The position numbers and the translations under genes were made by a program. The notes beneath the pieces were generated by a model. The model searched no databases. It was not told the DNA's origin and saw only the letters and a list, made by a program, of their open reading frames with translations. Source: Lachnospiraceae bacterium (GTDB lineage Bacteria > Bacillota > Clostridia > TANB77 > CAG-508). From it: 64,000 nucleotides of DNA. This document shows positions 57,866 through 64,000 of the stretch, piece after piece. The stretch's first letter is position 1, and every line of letters begins with the position of its first letter. The DNA lies in contig CAVFFZ010000002.1 of the NCBI GenBank assembly GCA_963621995.1, positions 41,166 through 105,165 on the forward strand. Direction: 5' to 3'.

Positions 57866-59191
57866 ATGAGTAAACCAACAGTAGCAATAGTAGGAAGGCC
57901 AAATGTAGGGAAATCTACATTTTTTAATTATATAGTAGGAAAAAAAATATCAATAGTACAAGATGAGCCAGGTGTTACCAGAGATAGAATTTATGCAGAT
58001 GCAACTTGGAAAGGTAAAACTTTTACATTAATAGATACAGGGGGAATAGAACCAAAATCTGAAGATATTATTGTTTCACAAATGCGTGAACAAGCTAATA
58101 TAGCAATAGATATTGCAGATGTAATAATATTTTTAACAGATATAAAACAAGGTGTTACAGTAGCAGATAAAGAAATAAGCCTAATGCTTAAGAAATCTAA
58201 AAAACCTATTGTTTTGGTTTGCAATAAAGCAGACAATTATGGAAAAACTTCTGACGATATATATGAATTTTATAATTTAGGTTTAGGAGACCCACATCCT
58301 GTTTCTTCAGTTAATGCAATAGGAATTGGAGATGTATTAGATGCAATTTATGAGGAATTTCCTGAAACAGAAAAAGAAGAAGATGACGAAACTATAAAAG
58401 TTGCAATTATAGGAAAACCAAATGTAGGTAAATCTTCTTTAGTAAATCAAATATTAGGCGAAAATAGAGTAATAGTAAGTGATATAGCAGGAACTACTAG
58501 AGATGCAATAGATTCAAACTTTGAAAATGAGTTTGGCAAATATGTATTTATAGATACGGCAGGAATTAGAAGAAAATCTAAAATAGATGAACAAATTGAA
58601 AAATACAGTGTTATGAGAAGCCTTCTAGCAGTAGAACGTGCAGATGTGTGTCTACTTATGATAGATGCAAATGAAGGTGTAACAGAACAAGACAAGAAAA
58701 TAGCAGGAGAAGCTCATGAAGCAGGAAAAGCAAGTATTATTGTTATAAATAAATGGGATGCATACGAAAAAGATGAACATAGTATGGAAAAATACAAAAA
58801 GCAAGTATATAGTGAGCTTGCATATTTATCTTATGCACCAATAATTTTTATATCAGCAAAAACAGGTCAAAGAGTTAATAAATTATTTGAATTAATAAAT
58901 CAAGTGGCCAATCAAAATGCATTGCGTGTTTCAACCGCAGTATTGAACCAAGTATTAAATGAAGCAATAGCAATAGTGCAGCCACCAACAGATAAAGGAA
59001 AGAGACTAAAAATTTATTATATGACTCAAGCATCTACAAAGCCACCAACATTTGTTGTATTTGTAAATGATAAAAAATTATTCCATTTTTCTTACGAAAG
59101 ATATTTAGTAAATCAAATAAGAAAAGAATTTACTTTAACAGGAACACCAGTAAGAATAATGGTAAGAGAACGAAAAGATAAAGAAGCTTAA
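57866..59191 (+). CDS. der: Ribosome-associated GTPase Der/EngA
   Basis: Two G domains: GRPNVGKST...DTGG...NKAD and GKPNVGKSS...DTAG...NKWD. Confidence 0.95.
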   Translation: MSKPTVAIVGRPNVGKSTFFNYIVGKKISIVQDEPGVTRDRIYADATWKGKTFTLIDTGGIEPKSEDIIVSQMREQANIAIDIADVIIFLTDIKQGVTVADKEISLMLKKSKKPIVLVCNKADNYGKTSDDIYEFYNLGLGDPHPVSSVNAIGIGDVLDAIYEEFPETEKEEDDETIKVAIIGKPNVGKSSLVNQILGENRVIVSDIAGTTRDAIDSNFENEFGKYVFIDTAGIRRKSKIDEQIEKYSVMRSLLAVERADVCLLMIDANEGVTEQDKKIAGEAHEAGKASIIVINKWDAYEKDEHSMEKYKKQVYSELAYLSYAPIIFISAKTGQRVNKLFELINQVANQNALRVSTAVLNQVLNEAIAIVQPPTDKGKRLKIYYMTQASTKPPTFVVFVNDKKLFHFSYERYLVNQIRKEFTLTGTPVRIMVRERKDKEA

Positions 59192-59195
59192 ACTA

Positions 59196-59230
59196 AAAGG
59201 ACATTTGGGGACGGGTCACTTTTGTCCTTT
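59196..59230. repeat. Family A solo terminal hairpin (5 nt after the der stop)
   Basis: aaaggacatttggggacgggtcacttttgtccttt followed by acataa. Confidence 0.9.
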
Positions 59231-59306
59231 ACATAAAATTGCTAAAAGGTTGAAAACTTGGAATTTTAGTTTAGCATAAAAATTAAATTTAAAGGAGAAA
59301 AAAATT

Positions 59307-59942
59307 ATGTTAGTTTATATTATTGTAGCAGTTATTGCATATTTATTAGGAAGTGTTAGTTTTTCAGTAATAATTAGTAAAAAAATGGCGGGATTTGATG
59401 TAAGAGAAAAAGGCAGTGGAAATGCAGGCACAACTAATGTTTTAAGAAGTGTTGGAAAAAAAGCAGCAGTAATAACTCTTATACTTGATATATTAAAAGG
59501 AGTACTAGCAGTATTAGTAGCTTATATAGTTGGAAATATAGTAAAAGAAGGTGTAGATAAAGCCCTATTAATTCAAATAGCAGGTTTATTAGTTATAGTA
59601 GGCCATACATTTCCAATCTTCTTTGGTTTTAAAGGAGGAAAAGGAATTGCAACAGCTTTAGGAGTATTGCTAATTACAAACTGGAATATTGGACTAATTT
59701 GCTTAGTATTTGCACTAGTACTAATGGTACTTACAAAAATGGTATCTTTAGGTTCAATATCAGCTGCAATATTATTTCCAGTACTAATTTTATTTATGCC
59801 ACATACAGCATATTTAGTAGATGGAAATTATATTATATATAGTATTTTAATCGCAGTTTTAGTTGTATTTAATCATAGAGCAAATGTAAAAAGATTATTA
59901 AATGGAACAGAAAGCAAGTTAGATTTTAAAAAAATTAAATAA
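59307..59942 (+). CDS. plsY: Glycerol-3-phosphate acyltransferase PlsY
   Basis: GSGNAGTTNV and FKGGKG motifs. Confidence 0.95.
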   Translation: MLVYIIVAVIAYLLGSVSFSVIISKKMAGFDVREKGSGNAGTTNVLRSVGKKAAVITLILDILKGVLAVLVAYIVGNIVKEGVDKALLIQIAGLLVIVGHTFPIFFGFKGGKGIATALGVLLITNWNIGLICLVFALVLMVLTKMVSLGSISAAILFPVLILFMPHTAYLVDGNYIIYSILIAVLVVFNHRANVKRLLNGTESKLDFKKIK

Positions 59943-60017
59943 ATTACCTTTTAAATATGGGCAAAAAAAGAAACACTATATATTCTAACTTTTAACTTTT
60001 ATAGGGAGAAAAATAAA

Positions 60018-61001
60018 ATGAAAAATATAGCAATAATAGGTAGCGGAAGCTGGGGAGTAGCATTAAGTATACATTTAGCAAAGCTAGGAAATAAAGTAAA
60101 AATATGGTCTTTTATGCAAGAAGAAGCAGATTTAATAAACAATGAAAAAAAGTGCAAATTCTTACCAGAGGTAACATTACCAGAAGGAATATATTGTACA
60201 ACTTCATATGAAGAGGCAATAAAAGATAGTGAAATAATATTACATGTAACACCATCAAAATTTACTAGAAATACAGTAAAAGAATACAAAAAATATGTAG
60301 CAAACCAAACTATTGTAATATGCACAAAAGGCTTTGAAAAAGAAACATTATCATCATTAGATGAAGTATTTAAACAAGAAATACCAAATTTAAAACTTGC
60401 TGTTTTATCAGGACCAAGTCATGCAGAAGAAGTTTCTAAAGCAGTACCAACAGCAATGGTAATAGCATCTGAAAATGAAGAAATAGCAAATGAATTAAGA
60501 GACATATTTATGAACGAAAACTTAAGAGTATATACATCAAAAGATGTTAAAGGTGTAGAACTTGGCGGAGCATTAAAAAATATAATTGCATTTTGTGCGG
60601 GTGTTGCAGCAGGAATAGGACTGGGGGACAATACTTTTGCAGCATTAATTACTAGAGGATTATGTGAGATTTCAAGACTAGGAGTAGCTTTAGGAGGAAA
60701 ATACGAAACATTTTATGGACTAACAGGACTTGGAGACTTAATAGTTACATGTTTAAGTGAACATAGTAGAAACAGAACAGCAGGAAAACTTATGGGACAA
60801 GGAAAAACATTAGAAGAAGCAAGAAATCAAATAGGAATGGTAATAGAAGGTGTAGACAATATAGAAGTTGCATATGAACTTGCAAAAAGATACAATGTAG
60901 ATATGCCAATAGTAAATGCAGTATATGATATGTTATATAACAATTTATCACCAAAAGAAGGAGTAACGAGGTTAATGACTCGTGACAAAAAAGCAGAATA
61001 A
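60018..61001 (+). CDS. gpsA: NAD(P)H-dependent glycerol-3-phosphate dehydrogenase
   Basis: IGSGSWGVAL, GALKNIIA. Confidence 0.95.
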   Translation: MKNIAIIGSGSWGVALSIHLAKLGNKVKIWSFMQEEADLINNEKKCKFLPEVTLPEGIYCTTSYEEAIKDSEIILHVTPSKFTRNTVKEYKKYVANQTIVICTKGFEKETLSSLDEVFKQEIPNLKLAVLSGPSHAEEVSKAVPTAMVIASENEEIANELRDIFMNENLRVYTSKDVKGVELGGALKNIIAFCAGVAAGIGLGDNTFAALITRGLCEISRLGVALGGKYETFYGLTGLGDLIVTCLSEHSRNRTAGKLMGQGKTLEEARNQIGMVIEGVDNIEVAYELAKRYNVDMPIVNAVYDMLYNNLSPKEGVTRLMTRDKKAE

Positions 61002-61006
61002 TCACA

Positions 61007-61034
61007 CACAATTGGGGGACAGTCCCTAATTGTG
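61007..61034 (+). repeat. Hairpin with a GGGGAC-type interior (gpsA-dtd spacer)
   Basis: cacaatt-gggggacagtcccta-aattgtg, followed by gacagttttggggcagagc. Confidence 0.6.
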
Positions 61035-61078
61035 AAATTTAGACAGTTTTGGGGCAGAGCTAAGGAGAAACGAAAATT

Positions 61079-61516
61079 ATGAAATTAGTTATTCAAAGAG
61101 TAAAACATGCTAAGGTGGAAGTTGAAAACGAAATAGTAGGAAAAATAGGACAAGGCTTTCTTGTCCTTCTTGGAGTTGGACCAGAAGATACAAGAGAAAC
61201 AGCAGATTATTTAGTACAGAAACTTATAAAATTACGTGTATTTGAAGATAAAAATGATAAAATGAATTTTGCATTAAAAGACATAAATGGGGAACTATTA
61301 ATAGTCTCTCAATTTACATTATATGCAGATTGTACAGGTGGAAACAGACCAAGTTTTACATTAGCAGCTAAACCAGATAAAGCAAATGAATTATACGAGT
61401 ATTTTATAAGTAAATGTGAAAAAGAAAATGTAAAAGTAGAACATGGAATTTTTGGGACAGACATGAAAGTGGAACTTTTAAATGATGGCCCAGTAACAAT
61501 AATTTTAGAAAAATAG
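61079..61516 (+). CDS. dtd: D-aminoacyl-tRNA deacylase
   Basis: MKLVIQRV..., SQFTLYAD. 145 aa. Confidence 0.95.
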   Translation: MKLVIQRVKHAKVEVENEIVGKIGQGFLVLLGVGPEDTRETADYLVQKLIKLRVFEDKNDKMNFALKDINGELLIVSQFTLYADCTGGNRPSFTLAAKPDKANELYEYFISKCEKENVKVEHGIFGTDMKVELLNDGPVTIILEK

Positions 61517-61519
61517 AAA

Positions 61520-61565
61520 ATAATTAACCTGTTTTTGGTAACGGAGCAAAAAACAGGTTAATTAT
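61520..61565. terminator. Bidirectional terminator with a GGTAACGGAGC loop
   Basis: 16-bp stem taattaacctgttttt / aaaaacaggttaatta. The loop is related to the reverse complement of the glyQS leader hairpin loop. Confidence 0.7.
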
Positions 61566-61575
61566 TTTTAAATTT

Positions 61576-61872
61576 TTAATATGGGAACCTTTCATATAAA
61601 TATCGAATTAATTCATCAACATTATTTTCACTAACATTAATTAGAACATCTTTATCTAAACTTACCCACATATTAATTTTAAAATTATCTTTATTATCCA
61701 CAAAAACCCCTATAATATCAGCCATTTCAATAGGATTTTTATATAATTTTTTCCACTCTAATAAAGAAGATTTTTCTTCATCTATATTTATATTTGTTTT
61801 ATTATAAAATCTATTTAAAAATTTGTAAATTTCACCTTTTTCATTACTAAATAACTTTACAATTGTACCCAT
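61576..61872 (-). CDS. Hypothetical small protein (98 aa)
   Basis: Start set at MGTIVKLF, which has RBS aaaggag 8 nt upstream. The longer track ORF has no RBS. Confidence 0.5.
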   Translation of the reverse strand: MGTIVKLFSNEKGEIYKFLNRFYNKTNINIDEEKSSLLEWKKLYKNPIEMADIIGVFVDNKDNFKINMWVSLDKDVLINVSENNVDELIRYLYERFPY

Positions 61873-61969
61873 CAAAAAATCTCCTTTTATAAATATTATA
61901 GAAAAAATTTTTTTATATATACTAGGAATAAATTTCAATTTTTTAGAAAAACTACAATTGAGGTGCAAT

Positions 61970-62902
61970 ATGAATAAAAAAATTTTTTTGATAATTTTTA
62001 GTATAGCAATAGTAATAATTTTTGTGGCTTATATAGTTACTTCTACAAATAATTATATAAAAAGCAATAATAAAAAAATAGAAGAAAAAACAGAAGAAGA
62101 AATAAAACAATTAGAGGAGAAACTAGTGGGAATGATAAATAGTTTAAATAATATATCTTTTACAAATACAGTATTAAAGCAAACTAGTGAAAAAAGTTCG
62201 GAAACAAACTCTGATAACAATTCATCTAATAATTCTTCAGGCAGCTCATCAAATGATTCTAATAGTGGACAAAACAGCCAATCTTCAGGAAGTTCTAATG
62301 ATAATTCAAATAGTATTAGCTCAAAAACAGAAGAACAAGTAAAATATGAAATACAAAAAAATGACATATTATTAACAAATTTGTCTAATATAGACTGGGA
62401 ATATATAAAAGCAAACACAGAAAGCATATATAATTTATGGGTTAACTTAATAGTAGACTTACATGAACTAGATGTAAATAATCAGGATATTTTAAATTTT
62501 AGTAATACATTGGACCAGGTAACATTAAGTGTAAAAGAAGAAAACAAGTATGCTTCAGTTACAAATTTAGTTAGTTTGTATTCTTATTTGCCAACATATG
62601 TAAATCAATTTTTAAATAATGAAAACGAGAAAAATCTTTTTTTAACAAAAAATTGTGTATTAAATACGTATGCATTAATTGAACAGCAGAATTGGGATGA
62701 AATGAAGAAACAAACAGCAAGTGCTATAGAATATTTTTCAAATATTATGAACAATATAGAAAATAATGAAAGACAAAACAGAAATAAAATTACAAAAATC
62801 TATGTCCTTTTAAATGAATTATATTCTAGCATAGATTTACAGGATAAAGAATTATATTATATAAAATATAGGAATACCATGGAAGAATTGCTAAACATCT
62901 AA
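61970..62902 (+). CDS. Membrane-anchored hypothetical protein with Ser/Asn-rich linker
   Basis: Start at MNKKIFL with RBS gaggtg. N-terminal TM helix. Low-complexity stretch SETNSDNNSSNNSSGSSSNDSNSGQNSQSSGSSNDNSNS. Confidence 0.55.
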   Translation: MNKKIFLIIFSIAIVIIFVAYIVTSTNNYIKSNNKKIEEKTEEEIKQLEEKLVGMINSLNNISFTNTVLKQTSEKSSETNSDNNSSNNSSGSSSNDSNSGQNSQSSGSSNDNSNSISSKTEEQVKYEIQKNDILLTNLSNIDWEYIKANTESIYNLWVNLIVDLHELDVNNQDILNFSNTLDQVTLSVKEENKYASVTNLVSLYSYLPTYVNQFLNNENEKNLFLTKNCVLNTYALIEQQNWDEMKKQTASAIEYFSNIMNNIENNERQNRNKITKIYVLLNELYSSIDLQDKELYYIKYRNTMEELLNI

Positions 62903-63294
62903 AAAGGACATTTGGGGACGGGGCACTTTTGTCCTTTACATAAAGTAACAGTTATAATAAAAAACAAAAATCAAGATTTTGTATACAGTACAAACTACTA
63001 CAAAATCTTGATTTTGTCATATTTATCTTTTACAGAAAGTTGTCAAACTTTCTTAGAATATAAAAACATATAAATTTTCAAAAAATGCTCGTTCAAGCTA
63101 AGTTGCGCAGAAATTATAAGCGAAATTTGTGACACCCTTCCATTTAAAAAATGAACCCTTTCCACAAATTTCTTAATAATTTCTAGCTTACTTACTTTCA
63201 ATCCGCTTTTTCTCAAATTAATATGTTTTTATTTTTTATTTAAATAGCACTTTATGTAAAGGACAAAAGTGCCCCGTCCCCAAATGTCCTTTTT
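62901..63294 (+). repeat. Family A repeat, copy E3 (composite): hairpin, R'-arm, terminator-like hairpin, B-like/L arm, core(+), R arm, hairpin
   Basis: The ends are aaaggacatttggggacggggcacttttgtccttt (62903-37) and its reverse complement (63258-94). The core ...aatgctcgttcaagctaagttgcgcagaaattataagcgaaatttgtgacaccc... has the same orientation as in E1. Confidence 0.9.
62964..63020 (+). terminator. Long hairpin inside E3; likely terminator of the upstream gene
   Basis: Stem of about 19 bp: acaaaaatcaagattttgta / tacaaaatcttgattttgt. Confidence 0.5.
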
Positions 63295-63299
63295 AAAAT

Positions 63300-63328
63300 T
63301 TGACATTTATAAATAAATGTATTAAAAT
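63300..63328 (+). promoter_or_regulatory. Sigma-A-like promoter of rnpB
   Basis: TTGACA, 17-nt spacer, TAAAAT, about 8 nt before the RNA 5' end. Confidence 0.6.
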
Positions 63329-63335
63329 AAAAATT

Positions 63336-63685
63336 GTGAGTAAATTGAATAGTCGCGTATAGCAAGGTCGAAAGACAGCGTACGAGGAAAGTCCGGGCTC
63401 CATAGAGCAAAGGTGCAAGATAACGTCTTGTGAGGGTAACCTTAAGGAAAGTGCAACAGAAAATAACCGCTACGAGAGTAGTAAGGGTGAAAAGGCGAGG
63501 TAAGAGCTCACCGCTTCTATGGTGACATAGAAGGCCAGTGTAAACCCCATCTGGAGCAACACCGGGACAAGAAGGCTAAGATTGCTCGTCATCTTCTTAA
63601 TCTGGTGGCTTTGAGCTACATAGTGATATGTAGAGTAGATAAATGACTATTCACGACAGAACCCGGCTTACAGATTTACTTATGA
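63336..63685 (+). ncRNA. rnpB: RNase P RNA (bacterial, type B-like)
   Basis: Universally conserved GAGGAAAGTCCGGGCTC near the 5' end and ACAGAACCCGGCTTA near the 3' end. P1 pairing agtaaat/atttact. The ends are approximate. Confidence 0.85.
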
Positions 63686-63691
63686 TATATG

Positions 63692-63723
63692 AAAAACACT
63701 TGGTTTTAAGCCAAGTGTTTTTC
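63692..63723. terminator. Bidirectional terminator (rnpB and the convergent rluA-family gene)
   Basis: Stem aaaacacttgg / ccaagtgtttt with flanking A and T runs. Confidence 0.7.
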
Positions 63724-63725
63724 TG

Positions 63726-64000
63726 TTATAAAGACATTAAATCATCTGGAATACTTGCAATGTAAGTTACTTCTTTATTTGTAATTGGATGAACAAAACT
63801 TATTTTATATGAGTGTAATGCTTGTCTTTTTATAAAATCAGTATTTCCACCATATAAATCATTACCTAAAAGAGGATGACCTATATGTGCCATATGAACT
63901 CTAATTTGATGAGTTCTACCAGTTTCTAAAGTACATTTAACAATAGAAATAGGGTATCCTTTTAAATTCTTCTCTTCTAAAACTTCATAATGAGTAATAG
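63726..64000 (-). CDS. RluA-family pseudouridine synthase, C-terminal part (5' end is beyond the window)
   Basis: My reverse-strand translation is ...VKCTLETGRTHQIRVHMAHIGHPLLGNDLYGG...ALHSYKISFVHPITNKEVTYIASIPDDLMSL, with a TAA stop. GRTHQIRVH is the family motif. This ORF is not in the track because it has no in-window start. Confidence 0.85.
   Translation of the reverse strand, partial: ITHYEVLEEKNLKGYPISIVKCTLETGRTHQIRVHMAHIGHPLLGNDLYGGNTDFIKRQALHSYKISFVHPITNKEVTYIASIPDDLMSL

Noticed and set aside
278-62427. The numerous 60-240-aa antisense or overlapping ORFs in the six-frame track (for example 278..583-, 2322..2783+, 7226..7957-, 9049..9492-, 13506..13814-, 15041..15466-, 20742..21254-, 26283..26654-, 30054..30389-, 41471..41794-, 42620..42970-, 50618..50923-, 62053..62427-)
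   Set aside because: They lie entirely within, and opposite to or out of frame with, well-supported genes. They have low-complexity Phe/Leu/Ile/Ser-rich translations typical of shadow ORFs in AT-rich DNA, and they lack RBSs.
592-63294. The repeats as a CRISPR array, or as integron attC sites
   Set aside because: The copies are dispersed over 60 kb with no regular repeat-spacer periodicity and no cas genes. There is no intI and no GTTRRRY core sites. The terminal inverted-repeat architecture fits a MITE or REPIN-like element better.
1-64000. Genetic code 4 or 25 (TGA as a sense codon) as the explanation for the missing TGA stops
   Set aside because: If TGA were a sense codon, standard-code ORFs would be fragmented at TGA. 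All conserved genes are full length and none of the long ORFs terminates at TGA, so TGA simply does not occur in-frame. Trp is encoded by TGG throughout.

Overview
This is a very AT-rich chromosomal segment that looks like a low-GC Firmicute (Clostridia-like). About 50 of roughly 54 genes lie on the + strand. All calls come from reading the sequence and recognising motifs; no database search was possible.

Content:
- Scattered housekeeping genes: ftsY, pgsA, ruvB, queH, polA, galE, glyQS, ppdK, rpmF, der, plsY, gpsA, dtd, tRNA-Thr(CGU), RNase P RNA, and a partial RluA-family gene.
- A cell-envelope glycopolymer locus of about 22 kb (15.9-38.2 kb). It holds rmlD/rmlA/rmlB, eight or more glycosyltransferases, a Wzm/Wzt-type ABC exporter, a Wzx-type flippase, two polyprenyl-phosphate-sugar synthase-type GT2s and several large polytopic (GT-C-like) membrane proteins.
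- Surface proteins: a dockerin-bearing SH3b autolysin, a cadherin-like/SH3b protein, and a frameshifted orphan pilin-like gene.
- I saw no transposase, integrase, phage, cas or CRISPR content.

The structure that genes do not explain is non-coding:
- Family A is a nested-palindrome, MITE-like repeat: three full copies plus three solo terminal hairpins that mostly abut stop codons. Its ~150-bp core is inverted between two neighbouring copies while the arms keep their orientation.
- Family B is a ~160-nt intergenic repeat: four copies plus fragments, headed by a 15-nt-arm palindrome.
- A set of hairpins carries a GGGGACGG-type loop.
- None of the 51 stop codons I could read is TGA (45 TAA, 6 TAG).
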